From the IMG/VR virus record IMGVR_UViG_3300043137_000281: a stretch of 64,000 nt of DNA. One strand, written 5' to 3'. A program made the position numbers and the translations under genes. Numbering within the stretch: the stretch's first letter is position 1; each line of letters begins with the position of its first letter. This document shows, in pieces, positions 27,404-37,722 of this stretch. The notes under the pieces are model-generated. The model was not told where the DNA came from. It searched no databases and was given only the letters and a program-made list of their open reading frames with translations. Source of the DNA: a virus.

Positions 27404-28186
27404 TTATTCAAAATATTCCTTGAACCAATTAGCCACATGAACGTGGGCTTCTTCGCTTGGATGGTCGTCCCATGGACATAATAGGTTCTTACCTAAAGAC
27501 TCGAATGTCTTGCTCTTGTCGAACAGGAAGATATTTGAGTCTGTCTCCAGATAATCGATATATTCGTCCATGGTCTTACGAGAAGCAATACGCCGAGTTT
27601 GAAGGCCGCGCTTCAATGCGTTGTCGATACAGGCATCACGGAACCACAGCTGGACACAGGTAATATTCAGAGAATCGCATAGGTTCTTGATAGTGGCCAC
27701 ATGATATAGAGTTTTCAGTAGGTCCGAATGATACGAGGATAACTGTTCATAGTATGTGGCCAGAGCCTTCTTAGTTGCTTTCGGAATATCATCAAAATCT
27801 ACCGACGAGCCTCGAAGTTGAAGCGCATCTACATCGAAGGGATACGGCTCATCACGGTAGTCAGTAAACTCAAATCGTGAGGGATCGGACCACACGATAA
27901 TAACACGCTCTGGTTTATGTTGTAAAATATCAATGAAAGCACGGCGGGCAATTCGGGAGTTAGAAGAGCCTGGCACTGCCACGTTCATTTCTTCCATTTC
28001 CCATGCATCAGCCAGTAGCTTAGAGAAACGCCTGGCTTCACACTTAGAATAAACTTCCTTCATGTTGCCGGGTGCGTAACGCTCAATACCTATACCATAG
28101 GCAAAACTGCAACCATTTACGTATAACTTCATGTTCTTCTCCAGAAGGGGACAAAGGTTTCGCCCGCCCATTTCGATTGAGGGCAC
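27404..28186 (-). CDS. Hypothetical protein (possible hydrolase/transferase). The start may be the internal MKLYVNGCSF near 28132.
   Basis: ORF 260 aa. Confidence 0.4.
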   Translation of the reverse strand: MPSIEMGGRNLCPLLEKNMKLYVNGCSFAYGIGIERYAPGNMKEVYSKCEARRFSKLLADAWEMEEMNVAVPGSSNSRIARRAFIDILQHKPERVIIVWSDPSRFEFTDYRDEPYPFDVDALQLRGSSVDFDDIPKATKKALATYYEQLSSYHSDLLKTLYHVATIKNLCDSLNITCVQLWFRDACIDNALKRGLQTRRIASRKTMDEYIDYLETDSNIFLFDKSKTFESLGKNLLCPWDDHPSEEAHVHVANWFKEYFE

Positions 28187-28314
28187 TTAGTATATAGTAG
28201 CTTCACTTTAGCTGGCATATAGCAATGGCAAATGCTGCATGTATTACCGTTCAGATACTCACATTCATGGCAAATTGCCAAACGTCTTTCTTGTTCTTCT
28301 TCACTTGCTATCAT
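28129..28314 (-). CDS. Small zinc-ribbon protein
   Basis: CHECEYLNGNTCSICHC (CxxC...CxxC). Confidence 0.35.
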   Translation of the reverse strand: MIASEEEQERRLAICHECEYLNGNTCSICHCYMPAKVKLLYTKCPQSKWAGETFVPFWRRT

Positions 28315-28642
28315 AATCGATTGCGTTCACAAATGAAAATTTCTGTCCATCTGTCCACTCTTTTAGATACTCATTGTCCTCATCAAACTGGCGCAGATAC
28401 TCGGCATCATCAATTTCACGAGCGGAGGTTACCAATTCTTCGACATGGCGTTGAGAAAACTCCGCGAGTTCTCCCACGTTCGTAGTGACTTCATCTTTGG
28501 CATCGGATGCGTTGTTTGCTTCAACGACATACCGCATACGGAACATGGAAATTGTTTCTACAAGATACTTAGGCATCGATACGTCCCAATCGGTGAAGTA
28601 GGTTTGAGATAACAGCAACATCTGGATGAGGGTCACGTTCAC
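28301..28642 (-). CDS. Hypothetical protein
   Basis: ORF 113 aa. Confidence 0.35.
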   Translation of the reverse strand: MNVTLIQMLLLSQTYFTDWDVSMPKYLVETISMFRMRYVVEANNASDAKDEVTTNVGELAEFSQRHVEELVTSAREIDDAEYLRQFDEDNEYLKEWTDGQKFSFVNAIDYDSK

Positions 28643-28753
28643 TATATCCCTCTACTCGCATAAGGTCGAGTAGATAAGAGTGCAATGCCCGCTTGATAAC
28701 GGGAATATCCGCTGGTGCGAATACACCACCTTTTACTTGCTTTGGTTCAGTCA

Positions 28754-29308
28754 TTAGTCCCATAGTCCTCTATAATAGACACCAAACAGTCTGGTGCCGT
28801 TGTCAATACGTGCATTGTATGCTTTCCATTTTTCTACGTCAAGAATACCATCGTTGAAGTAAATGGAATCGGAATCTTCATCAACAATCTGTTCAAACGC
28901 CCAGATCATTTCATTTAGCACCCACTCCCAACGCTTATGCCAGTTGCTATCGGTTTCAAATTCATGTCCTGGATTTTCGGCCGCGGCAAAGCGAAGTTCT
29001 TCGGGTACATCTGCATCTGAAACAGATGGAGAACCGTGCTTAGTGTCCCGTAACTGTTTCAACATCGGCAGAATTATGATAGCTAGAGTGTCGTCCATAC
29101 TCCATGTGTCATAAGGATCGATTCGGACTTTGACCTTTCTCTTGCTGAAAAACCATAGTGACGATATTCTTGCAATTGGCGTATACTTATCTAACCATTC
29201 TCCGAATGCGAAAACTACAGCATCTTCCTTGTCTTTCCAGAACAGGAGTTTTTCTGCTAGTTGGTATGGACCAAACCATTTGCGATATGGTCGAATATCA
29301 ACTTTCAT
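28754..29308 (-). CDS. Hypothetical protein
   Basis: ORF 184 aa. Confidence 0.4.
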   Translation of the reverse strand: MKVDIRPYRKWFGPYQLAEKLLFWKDKEDAVVFAFGEWLDKYTPIARISSLWFFSKRKVKVRIDPYDTWSMDDTLAIIILPMLKQLRDTKHGSPSVSDADVPEELRFAAAENPGHEFETDSNWHKRWEWVLNEMIWAFEQIVDEDSDSIYFNDGILDVEKWKAYNARIDNGTRLFGVYYRGLWD

Positions 29309-29831
29309 CTTTCTTGCTCCAACTTATTAGTAACATCATTCGAGGAATCTTCCAATCTTGTAATGCTTTAGATACCCAATGTTCTTCGTCTCTCGAATAT
29401 ATGACCATTCTATTGGGTAATGATGGAACGGATTTACTGTGGACTTCGAAGTTGCCCCCAAGACTTTCGTCCCACTCATCATTTAGATATACAATAGAAC
29501 TATAGCATTTGTCAATAGATTTTTCACGAATTGAACCGTCTTTATGTGGATGAATAATATAGTCAGAGTTGGTACATTGATATCGAAAACTATATGGTAC
29601 CACATCAACACTCAGAACATCCTTGAAATAATTTTGTGTCTTTTCTGTGGTGGTTTTCCATATCACGCCCAGCCTATAATGAATATCATTCAGCTGGCCA
29701 TTCTCAATTTCATGCGAATGCACCCACATCCCAAGTTGTTTGAGTGTGGATACATTCACTTTGGCAAGCACCATAGTTCTATGGTATTCAAGTTCCATCG
29801 CAGACAGAAAATTGTCGGCGACAGATATCAT
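29298..29831 (-). CDS. 2OG-Fe(II) oxygenase family protein
   Basis: HPHKDG (HxD) ... later His (EEHWV), and the spacing of the double-stranded beta-helix fold. Confidence 0.5.
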   Translation of the reverse strand: MISVADNFLSAMELEYHRTMVLAKVNVSTLKQLGMWVHSHEIENGQLNDIHYRLGVIWKTTTEKTQNYFKDVLSVDVVPYSFRYQCTNSDYIIHPHKDGSIREKSIDKCYSSIVYLNDEWDESLGGNFEVHSKSVPSLPNRMVIYSRDEEHWVSKALQDWKIPRMMLLISWSKKDES

Positions 29832-30995
29832 TTACAGCGCACCCCAATACATGTTATTCTTAACAGCCTTCTTAGTCAGTTGGACACGTTGTCCTTGTGC
29901 GTTAGTGAAGACAAACGACCCTGCCTTTGCGTTGACGCTGGTAAGGTCGGCAGGAGTAAATTCTGCACGAGCATTAACAGACTTCTTCGTCGCACGAGTG
30001 CGATTTGGACGCCATGGGTCATTACGACTCACAACTGCTGGTACTGCTACCAGATCGTCTTCAAGATCATAGTCATCTTCATCATCGGCATAGTCGGTAC
30101 CGTAGTAAACAGTCCAAGCATCACAAGTCAGAGGATTATAGTCAATCTCCTTGGTGCCAAGATACTGTTCAGGAACAATCTGACCATCAACAATCAGTTG
30201 AACCGTATAGTCGGGTTCATTGTTATCATATTCAGGTTTCGCATTCAGAAGACGCATTGCTTCCTGTGGTGTTTCGTTGTAACGATTCATGTCCTCGACA
30301 AGTGCCTTAAGCATATCAAAATTGAATTGAGAGAACAGTGTGGCAATCTTGGTAATCTGGTCGATATACGTTTTGTTATTCAGGACATCGTTACAGTAGT
30401 CGCGGATAAACTCTTCCGATAGACCCTTGAAGTCAACCGAATAGAAGATACGTCCTGGACGATTCCGCATATGGGCATCGATACGCCACTGGTCGTTACA
30501 GGTAAGAATGAATAGTGTCTTGCTGGCATATACACCGTCGAGCAGGGTCAGCATCTTCTCTTGCTCTTCTCGGTTATATACCTTTTCAAATTCATCAAAC
30601 AAAACAATAGATGGTTGTTCGATATCCTGAATTAGTTTGTTGAACGAGTCACCATTCCAAGACGAGTTAATCACGATGGTAGGCATATTTTCTTCATAAC
30701 CCATGATAGACAGATGCTTTGCCAGAAGTGTCTTACCAGAACCCTTCTCGCCCGTGAGCAACACACCAGTGGATGCACTGCGGTCCTTGAAGGTGCGCCA
30801 GATGCGCTCTGCATTACGGAGAGTATCACCGTAATACTTGGTCAGAGGTTCGAAGCGGTCAACCGTCTCAAGGAACAGGTTACCGAACTGGTCTGCCTTG
30901 ACAAGATAGTTGTCAGCAGGAAGGTGAGAGGTGATGTCAATCGAGTTTTCGTCGGTGACACGGAAGGTATTTGCATTACGAAGATAATATGTCAC
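29832..30995 (-). CDS. AAA+ ATPase
   Basis: Walker A GVLLTGEKGSGKTLLAKHL. Walker B IVLFDEFEKV. GTG start with a weak RBS. Confidence 0.55.
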   Translation of the reverse strand: MTYYLRNANTFRVTDENSIDITSHLPADNYLVKADQFGNLFLETVDRFEPLTKYYGDTLRNAERIWRTFKDRSASTGVLLTGEKGSGKTLLAKHLSIMGYEENMPTIVINSSWNGDSFNKLIQDIEQPSIVLFDEFEKVYNREEQEKMLTLLDGVYASKTLFILTCNDQWRIDAHMRNRPGRIFYSVDFKGLSEEFIRDYCNDVLNNKTYIDQITKIATLFSQFNFDMLKALVEDMNRYNETPQEAMRLLNAKPEYDNNEPDYTVQLIVDGQIVPEQYLGTKEIDYNPLTCDAWTVYYGTDYADDEDDYDLEDDLVAVPAVVSRNDPWRPNRTRATKKSVNARAEFTPADLTSVNAKAGSFVFTNAQGQRVQLTKKAVKNNMYWGAL

Positions 30996-31166
30996 TGTTT
31001 TATGTCTTACTTATTAATGTTGTCTAGATAGGGATCATAACCGAAGTCAAGTGGAAAATCCATATCACTTACGGATTCTACAATCTTAGTGATACCATAT
31101 ACCGCCAGTGCTGCGATGCCGAACACAGCAACATATGGAATGGCATCAATTGCCTTTTCTTTTAGG

Positions 31167-31418
31167 TCATCCTTTGTCATCTGTAATTCCCATATCTGCT
31201 AGTTGTTCTGGAGTTGCATACCACGTGAGGATAAGTTCCAGTGCATCAATATGCTTCTGAATTTCGGAATCTTCTGCCTCTTGGTCGCCCCAGACAAACA
31301 CCCACTTACCAGCGCCCAAGTCGCTCTTGAGGTTCTGCCATGTGTCACGCAATTGCCCGACCACAATGCCGTCAATTGTTTCCCAATCAAGTTCTACTGT
31401 AATCTTACTCATCTTCAT
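31167..31418 (-). CDS. Hypothetical protein
   Basis: ORF 83 aa. Confidence 0.35.
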   Translation of the reverse strand: MKMSKITVELDWETIDGIVVGQLRDTWQNLKSDLGAGKWVFVWGDQEAEDSEIQKHIDALELILTWYATPEQLADMGITDDKG

Positions 31419-31426
31419 TTACCTTT

Positions 31427-31627
31427 TTAGTTGGAAAGTACCGCTGCGGTAATCACTATCAATATCACGGCAGTTGCTTGCCACTTGACTCGTGAAAACA
31501 TCATTTGCGTTTGTTTTTGTTGCGATGTGATAGTTTGCGTTTGCGAAAACGAAACGAGACCTCTAAGTAATGCAAACAGTGTAAATGCTGCCGCAATAGC
31601 TATAAGAACAATAAAAAATATCAACAT
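31427..31627 (-). CDS. Small membrane protein
   Basis: 66 aa, two TM helices. Confidence 0.3.
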   Translation of the reverse strand: MLIFFIVLIAIAAAFTLFALLRGLVSFSQTQTITSQQKQTQMMFSRVKWQATAVILIVITAAVLSN

Positions 31628-31941
31628 TATTCATGTTCGCCAGTAGGACTACGGCCCCAACCAGCCTTTTTTACAAAAAGTTCAGGCTTCACAGTGGCAG
31701 CGGTCCATGTTGCCACTGTAATGGTAGCAGCACCAATCAATGCGGCATGTGCGAGAAAGTTTACATAGAAGAACGTTGCATTACCGACAGCAATACTAAA
31801 CGCCACTACCCACATAAAAGCAAGAGCCTGCAAAACATAATGCCGTGTTGAAATGTCAGGAATATTTCGAAGAGGACTTACCTCGTGGTTGAAAATAAAG
31901 TTCCATGGATATACCACACCATATTTCAAAATCTTAGTCAT
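31627..31941 (-). CDS. Membrane protein
   Basis: 104 aa, hydrophobic helices. Confidence 0.35.
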   Translation of the reverse strand: MTKILKYGVVYPWNFIFNHEVSPLRNIPDISTRHYVLQALAFMWVVAFSIAVGNATFFYVNFLAHAALIGAATITVATWTAATVKPELFVKKAGWGRSPTGEHE

Positions 31942-32332
31942 CTACATTCACCTTCTTATAACGATAATAAACACCATCTTCCTCGACCATAATCTCATCA
32001 AGGTTGTCATTTTTTGCCATCACACGTTGTTCACCTTCGGCGACAATATGTCCACGCTCACGCAGAACCCGCATCACCGCATTAGCAATACCAAACTTAT
32101 TGCGACCAGTGTCGGCAGCATTTTGTGCTGCCTCTGCACAATCATTGTAGACTTCATCGGGTAGCGACCAAGACAAATCCATAGCATTTCCAAAATCGCC
32201 TACGCGACGAAGATAAGACTGTCCGCCATCTACCGAGATAGCACCACAAGTGCAAGTTACAAAGTCATGTCGATGCCTGGAGAAAATCTTGTCCCCACAA
32301 CTCAGACATACTGCGGTATTCTCAATAATCAT
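31934..32332 (-). CDS. Zinc-ribbon-containing hypothetical protein
   Basis: CLSCGDK...CTCG motif. Confidence 0.35.
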   Translation of the reverse strand: MIIENTAVCLSCGDKIFSRHRHDFVTCTCGAISVDGGQSYLRRVGDFGNAMDLSWSLPDEVYNDCAEAAQNAADTGRNKFGIANAVMRVLRERGHIVAEGEQRVMAKNDNLDEIMVEEDGVYYRYKKVNVDD

Positions 32333-32562
32333 TCTGCTATCACCTTTTCATGTACCGCAACAATGTGCTTACACTTGTTGTGGAAGTTATACCCCATGCA
32401 ATTACAAACCCAACCACTTGGGGTCAACGTGGTATCATACTGCTTGCCTTTGGAATTGACGTAAGGCCATGTGAAGCCATTTAGAAAATGACTTTCGCCG
32501 TAATTCATACCCGGCAATTGCACGGGTTTACGAAAAGCACTTACACCAGCAGGAAGAATCAT
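32329..32562 (-). CDS. SWIM zinc-finger small protein
   Basis: CNCMGYNFHNKCKHI (CxCx(n)CxH). Confidence 0.4.
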   Translation of the reverse strand: MILPAGVSAFRKPVQLPGMNYGESHFLNGFTWPYVNSKGKQYDTTLTPSGWVCNCMGYNFHNKCKHIVAVHEKVIAE

Positions 32563-32774
32563 TAGTTCAACTTTCCATCATAAGTTCGCAGCCAAGGCTG
32601 ACCAAAGACATACTTGGCTTCTAGGTCATCAGCCACACCGTGCCAATACGCTTGAAACCATTCACTCTTAGCTTTATACGCTGTTTCGCGGCATTTGTCA
32701 ATAGATTTAAATATCTTTGCGTAATTAGTCATTTTCTTTTTTCGCCTTATACAACATGACATTCGCTTCTGCAA
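32562..32774 (-). CDS. Hypothetical small protein
   Basis: ORF 70 aa. Confidence 0.3.
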   Translation of the reverse strand: MQKRMSCCIRRKKKMTNYAKIFKSIDKCRETAYKAKSEWFQAYWHGVADDLEAKYVFGQPWLRTYDGKLN

Positions 32775-33156
32775 ACATCAACTCGGTAATATCCCAGTTG
32801 AACGTATCTTCCCTATCTGGTTCATAACAGATAACCTTCTTGATACCACGCTGGATGATGCTCTTGGCGCATTCATTACACGGCATCATCGGTACATACA
32901 TCGTGCAACCCTCAACCGACATGGGAGAGTTATCTAGTGCATTGCGCTCGGCATGAGCCACAAACAGGTGCTTGGTGGGTCGGTCTTCGTAGCGTTTTGC
33001 TAGGTCCTTGACACCACGCGGGAAGCCATTATAGCCGATTGAGATAATGCGATTGCGGTCATCTACAATCACTGCACCAACTTTGGTGCGAGGATCATAC
33101 GACCATTCACCAATATGGTCGGCTAGGTCAAGAAACCTCTGGCACCATTTAGACAC
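32725..33156 (-). CDS. cd: dCMP deaminase
   Basis: HAERNAL ... PCNECAKSI zinc-binding motifs of the cytidine/dCMP deaminase family. GTG start preceded by GGAG. Confidence 0.8.
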   Translation of the reverse strand: MSKWCQRFLDLADHIGEWSYDPRTKVGAVIVDDRNRIISIGYNGFPRGVKDLAKRYEDRPTKHLFVAHAERNALDNSPMSVEGCTMYVPMMPCNECAKSIIQRGIKKVICYEPDREDTFNWDITELMFAEANVMLYKAKKEND

Positions 33157-33257
33157 TGGTCAAAACTCCTATAACGGCGGCTAAAACAAATAACAGGACG
33201 ATACCGAGACAGCCTGCCTCAGACAAGCCATTCCACATCTCACGTTGCCGCGGATGC

Positions 33258-33470
33258 TTAATCATAATCGACGCCTTCATCCTGCTTACGACCCATGTAG
33301 TGGTCGTCGCTCACACAATGAAACTGTGCCTGGAGTTTGCTGTTGATAATGGTGCGAGTGACATTACCCGCGAACTGTTCGCATTGCTCCTTAGAGGCAG
33401 TCTCGTAGACATCCTTGGAGATAAACTCACCCTCTTGCGTGAACAGAAAAACTAAAAGCCAATAACTCAT
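33258..33470 (-). CDS. Hypothetical small protein
   Basis: ORF 70 aa. Confidence 0.3.
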   Translation of the reverse strand: MSYWLLVFLFTQEGEFISKDVYETASKEQCEQFAGNVTRTIINSKLQAQFHCVSDDHYMGRKQDEGVDYD

Positions 33471-33488
33471 TTCATAACCCCTTGTCTA

Positions 33489-33716
33489 TCATGTGGTCTC
33501 AAAGGCCAACGCACGGTCTTCAACAGACTTATCGGCATCATAGGACTTCATCCACATTGTGACGAGCGAACGGGCCACCGCTTTATCGTGACCCAAATCG
33601 TTCTCGACATAGTTGCTTGCGCCAAACATGTTGACTAGGCCAGTTTCACGTAACCTATCGAGGTATGTAAAACCCTCTATCAATTGGTCAAAATCAAAAA
33701 CCATAGTATCGTTCAT
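33489..33716 (-). CDS. Hypothetical small protein
   Basis: ORF 75 aa. Confidence 0.3.
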   Translation of the reverse strand: MNDTMVFDFDQLIEGFTYLDRLRETGLVNMFGASNYVENDLGHDKAVARSLVTMWMKSYDADKSVEDRALAFETT

Positions 33717-33919
33717 TTCACAACTCCATACAAAAGGATGGCGGTAATGAAACCATTAACTACCATCAAAGGTTTATCATTCATCTTGAAAGCAGCATAG
33801 CCCCAAGCGGCGGCACCGATAATCGACAGGATAAGGTCCACCGTATGGAACTCAAATGCCCGACAAGTTGCTGCGACGATGACACACGCGGTGCCGAACC
33901 ATTTTATAATCTCAAGCAT
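33713..33919 (-). CDS. Small membrane protein
   Basis: 68 aa, two TM helices. Confidence 0.3.
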   Translation of the reverse strand: MLEIIKWFGTACVIVAATCRAFEFHTVDLILSIIGAAAWGYAAFKMNDKPLMVVNGFITAILLYGVVK

Positions 33920-34053
33920 ATTTTTCTTCTTCCAACATAAGAGAGATACCAGCGATGAACATCATCAAACCAAAGCCGCCCTGTAGAGCGAAACGAAGAA
34001 AACCAGCTTCTTCAGGAACACACATCACAAACAAACCGGCAAACATCAAGGCA
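33907..34053 (-). CDS. Micro-ORF, 49 aa membrane peptide (MKYALMFAGLFVMCVPEEAGF...)
   Basis: Hand-translated. Starts at the conserved leader ...GATTCGTTATG. Its stop overlaps the next start. Confidence 0.3.
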
Positions 34054-34123
34054 TACTTCATAACGAATCACTTTCTCTTCTCAGCTTATACTTTATAATA
34101 GCATATTCTGAGGAAATGTCAAG
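34054..34123 (-). promoter_or_regulatory. Promoter-leader cassette, copy 13
   Basis: rc: TACCACTTGACATTTCCTCAGAATATGCTATTATAAAGTATAAGCTGAGAAGAGAAAGTGATTCGTTATG. Confidence 0.55.
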
Positions 34124-34454
34124 TGGTAATTTTGTCAAAGCCAAATGAGGCACACCGATAGAGCGTACCGTCATGGTCGGCGACAATATCACCGACAGAC
34201 ATGGACGAGCAAGGACCGAGTTTCTCGACCCGATTGAACAACGAACTCTCTTGCCACAGGTTCATGGCTTCGAATGCTTGCTCGAACCCATCTACATCAA
34301 CGTTAGCAACGTGAGTGTAATATTGGAAGTTTTCAGCTTTGAAAGTGCGCTCGAAACTACGGTCGAAATACGCCTGAATGCGGACACTGGTTTCGCCGTT
34401 ATTGACAGCGGTAATTTCAGCATCTGTTAGCTGGATTTGGTAAACTTTAATCAT
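34119..34454 (-). CDS. Hypothetical protein
   Basis: 111 aa ORF after a promoter-leader cassette. Confidence 0.4.
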   Translation of the reverse strand: MIKVYQIQLTDAEITAVNNGETSVRIQAYFDRSFERTFKAENFQYYTHVANVDVDGFEQAFEAMNLWQESSLFNRVEKLGPCSSMSVGDIVADHDGTLYRCASFGFDKITT

Positions 34455-34524
34455 AACGAATCACTTTCTCTTTCTGACTACTCTTACATCCTAGCAGATT
34501 CGCAGAGAAAGTCAAGTGGTATTT
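34455..34524 (-). promoter_or_regulatory. Promoter-leader cassette, copy 14
   Basis: rc: TACCACTTGACTTTCTCTGCGAATCTGCTAGGATGTAAGAGTAGTCAGAAAGAGAAAGTGATTCGTTATG. Confidence 0.55.
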
Positions 34525-34841
34525 TAGCCCATCAGAGAGCCCCCGGCTTTCTTACGTGCTTTTTCCACTGCATCTCGTGTCTTGATTGCTTTATGGTCTT
34601 TCTTACCATATTGCTGCGCCAGAGGACTATTTGGATTCGCTTCTGAAATCTTAGACATCACTTCCTTGAAGTGATCCGGCACCTTGCCGCCGCCATCTGA
34701 CCCCGTGGCATGCACAAAGTTCACTTGTTTATAAACTATGCGGATGGCACCGTCCGCAGTAAGTTCTTTCATGTCTTCATAAGACATTTTTTCTTCCCAC
34801 TCTTCACCGGTTTCTACATTCATTAGATCATATACTGGCAT
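34524..34841 (-). CDS. Hypothetical protein
   Basis: 105 aa ORF. Confidence 0.35.
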   Translation of the reverse strand: MPVYDLMNVETGEEWEEKMSYEDMKELTADGAIRIVYKQVNFVHATGSDGGGKVPDHFKEVMSKISEANPNSPLAQQYGKKDHKAIKTRDAVEKARKKAGGSLMG

Positions 34842-34882
34842 GTTATTCTTTCGTTACTATTACGTTATTTTACTATACGATA

Positions 34883-35341
34883 TTATTCAGGATTAATCAA
34901 TAGTTTTTTGAGACAATATGCATTTTTGATATCATTGTCAGAAATTATCCAGTCGCTTGTTAGGGTAAATCCAGCAGCCTCATATGTTTTTCTGCTGGTA
35001 TCACGAGGAAAACTCCATATTCCATTGCAATTCAGTTGTTGCGCTTTAGTAATACCGGCAGTCAGTAATGGAACACCCAGTCCCTTTCCTCGATATTCTT
35101 TTTCTATCCATAGTCCTCTACTTCTGTAAAGATTGTCCGGAGTAGTGTGGCCGCTGTTGACGCCGACAATTTTATCATCGACCAGCAAAGCAAAATATGT
35201 GATATTAGGAATATAGTCTAAACCGAAATATCCGCCACCATACCGCATACAGCTATGAGGTTCTAATGTTTCTTTGTTACTCCACGGCCAAAGACTTCGC
35301 CAGAATGGAATGATTTGTTCAAATGAAATTTCAGTTATCAT
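34883..35341 (-). CDS. GNAT-family N-acetyltransferase
   Basis: RGKGLGVPLLTAGITKAQQ acetyl-CoA binding motif (R/Q-x-x-G-x-G/A). Confidence 0.55.
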   Translation of the reverse strand: MITEISFEQIIPFWRSLWPWSNKETLEPHSCMRYGGGYFGLDYIPNITYFALLVDDKIVGVNSGHTTPDNLYRSRGLWIEKEYRGKGLGVPLLTAGITKAQQLNCNGIWSFPRDTSRKTYEAAGFTLTSDWIISDNDIKNAYCLKKLLINPE

Positions 35342-35384
35342 AAAGTTATATATAATCTATACAAAGAATTAATATGAGTGTTTC

Positions 35385-36014
35385 ATGGCCAGTATTACGG
35401 ACCTAGTTTCAAATTTCGGTGATATCATAGAGCTTGATTACCAGTGGAATCTAGGTGACCCAGAAAAATTAATATCGCATCCTGGATGGGTGAAGTATAA
35501 TCCCCGTAAAGACGGATACAATCGATATGGACTTTCTGTTACAAGCGCGGACGGCGGTTTCTCTGGAATTCCAGATTTGGATTCCCTTCGCGAATATAAT
35601 AGAATTAACAACACAACTTTCACTGAGGCTGACTTCAATAAGAAAACCAGTATCGTATCTCGCTATCAAGAATTAGAGCAAATTCTCAATCTATTTGGAA
35701 ATGATTGTGGCCGATGTCACTTTCTTCGTTTGGACCGCGGCGGATTTTTCCCGCCGCATCGCGATAACGGCACATCTTTGCCTAGCAAGACCTTTAGAAT
35801 AATTGTCCCTCTTCATAATTTCGGCAAACATCAAGTTAAATGGATACAAGAGGATAAAGTCCTAAATTTTGAAATCGGCAGAGCCTACTTTGTTAATACA
35901 ACAAAAGAGCATTCTGTCTTTTCCTTTGTAGATAATTCTATCATGTTTGTGATGAATATTATGGCGACAGAAAATAGCATTCAACAAGTAGCAAATAATG
36001 CCAAAATTTTATGA
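35385..36014 (+). CDS. Cupin / 2OG-Fe(II) oxygenase-like (Asp/Asn beta-hydroxylase-like) protein
   Basis: FFPPHRDNG (HxD) ... TTKEHSVF (distal His). Confidence 0.45.
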   Translation: MASITDLVSNFGDIIELDYQWNLGDPEKLISHPGWVKYNPRKDGYNRYGLSVTSADGGFSGIPDLDSLREYNRINNTTFTEADFNKKTSIVSRYQELEQILNLFGNDCGRCHFLRLDRGGFFPPHRDNGTSLPSKTFRIIVPLHNFGKHQVKWIQEDKVLNFEIGRAYFVNTTKEHSVFSFVDNSIMFVMNIMATENSIQQVANNAKIL

Positions 36015-36993
36015 TGAATGGATAACATCTAGTATTGATGGTAATGCTATGGTATGGAAATTGAATCTCACGCCCGACGAAATAGATTCAATTGACCCCA
36101 GCGACATTTCGAAATACTCAATCGATGCAGTAAATACATTGTTGCCAAATTTGGGGGCAAGGCCCGCTGTTTGTTTGAGTGGAGGAATAGACAGTCAAGT
36201 CATGGTTGACTGTTTCATTAGAGCTGGTGTTTCTTTCGATGTTGTCATAATGAGATTTCCTGATAATCTAAATTGGCATGACATCAAAACTGCCATAGAA
36301 TTTTGTGATAGCAGAAAATTACCATATACGTTTATAGATATAGATGTTATCAGATTTCTTAGTAGAGATTTAATCTCGTTTGCTGACAAGTATGATGTCA
36401 GTAGTCCACAATTTGCAACACACTTTAAAATGTTTGAGAAACTTCAAGAGTTGGGATATACTTCTGCGGTGTGCGGAGGAAATACTCTTCTAAACACAGC
36501 CGATGGCTGGATTTATCCTACTACTAAAGAGCAAAATGACTGGAGAAGTTTTTCAGAGAGATCCAACTTTTATGTCATGGGAGATTTTCTATCATATCAC
36601 TGGAAGTTTTCTCTTGCGTTTAGTTGTCACCAAGAAAAATCAAATCTAATTGACAAAACAAAAATTAATTTATTATCGAATGTGGCCAATCATGATGCTC
36701 TAGTATCAGATAGGTATAAAATAAAAGTTTCCGGTTTCATGTCGGCTGGGTTCGATATAATTCCACAAGAGGCAAAATTTACTGGCTTCGAGGAAGTAAA
36801 GGAAAAAATCAAAGACCATGATACTGGTGATGGTTGGGCGTTCGAGAAAAGATTTAGATTTCCTTTGCGTCTAAAAAATCCCACTCCAAATGTCAACAAG
36901 TTTCAATTATCTAATGAACAGGAAATAGCGTTAAATGCGCTATATGATAAATGTGTTTTTTCTAGGCAATCCTCTACCTGGATTACTGATTAA
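35998..36993 (+). CDS. PP-loop ATP pyrophosphatase (asparagine-synthetase-like / TilS / QueC superfamily)
   Basis: PAVCLSGGIDSQVMVDC contains the SGGxDS PP-loop signature. Confidence 0.55.
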   Translation: MPKFYDEWITSSIDGNAMVWKLNLTPDEIDSIDPSDISKYSIDAVNTLLPNLGARPAVCLSGGIDSQVMVDCFIRAGVSFDVVIMRFPDNLNWHDIKTAIEFCDSRKLPYTFIDIDVIRFLSRDLISFADKYDVSSPQFATHFKMFEKLQELGYTSAVCGGNTLLNTADGWIYPTTKEQNDWRSFSERSNFYVMGDFLSYHWKFSLAFSCHQEKSNLIDKTKINLLSNVANHDALVSDRYKIKVSGFMSAGFDIIPQEAKFTGFEEVKEKIKDHDTGDGWAFEKRFRFPLRLKNPTPNVNKFQLSNEQEIALNALYDKCVFSRQSSTWITD

Positions 36994-37662
36994 TCTCGTG
37001 CCGTTTTCAGACTTGTCGTAAGTTTCAGTGCCGCCGTGAATCCAAATTATTTCAGATAGGTCTAAGTCTTCGTATAGCGTGTATTCTCCTGCATACGGGT
37101 CATTAGTTGGTGCGGTACCTGTAATCAAGATTTTTTGTTTGCCACTATCTTCGGCTAACCATTTTTCTAATACGCCACGCTCTTGTTCATAAAACGCATT
37201 CATCTCTTCTAACGTAACAAAATATCTAAATTTGGTATTACAACATTCACCGTCTTTTAGATAACGTGGTCGAGGAGTGCCAAAAACTCTTTCAAGTTTA
37301 GGTGAAATTTCATTCACTTTTGGCCAGCCCACCAGAGTTAAAATATCATAGTCGTCAATCACAAAAGGTTTCTTAGAATAATATAGATTCTTTAGTGGAC
37401 TATTCTCATATCTAACTCGCATACCGCTATATAGAATATCTGGCACTTCGGTATTGTAATCTATTGGTCCCGTATTCAATATGAATTTGATGTCGGGATA
37501 CTTTTCTACCAAAGTCTCACAATACAGTAAGGAACGTTTCATTCGATTTGAAAATCCACCACAAAAAATTACCAGATCTACAGCATCAGGAATGACTTCA
37601 TCTTCTTCTGGAGTAAATTCGTGGAACTTCAAATCTAAATTACTTAAAACGTGGACTAGCAT
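36940..37662 (-). CDS. Hypothetical protein (possible degenerate phosphoesterase)
   Basis: 240 aa ORF, convergent with the plus-strand block. Confidence 0.35.
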   Translation of the reverse strand: MLVHVLSNLDLKFHEFTPEEDEVIPDAVDLVIFCGGFSNRMKRSLLYCETLVEKYPDIKFILNTGPIDYNTEVPDILYSGMRVRYENSPLKNLYYSKKPFVIDDYDILTLVGWPKVNEISPKLERVFGTPRPRYLKDGECCNTKFRYFVTLEEMNAFYEQERGVLEKWLAEDSGKQKILITGTAPTNDPYAGEYTLYEDLDLSEIIWIHGGTETYDKSENGTRLISNPGRGLPRKNTFII

Positions 37663-37722
37663 AACGTGCCTTTATAAATATAATAGAATTTACCTTGTTA
37701 ATCTTAGATAGGATTATATCAA

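Noticed and set aside
29544-30422. 292-aa plus-strand ORF, plus 29740..30072 and 30005..30310
   Set aside because: They are antisense to the 2OG oxygenase and AAA+ ATPase genes. The composition is low-complexity and the frames are shadow frames.
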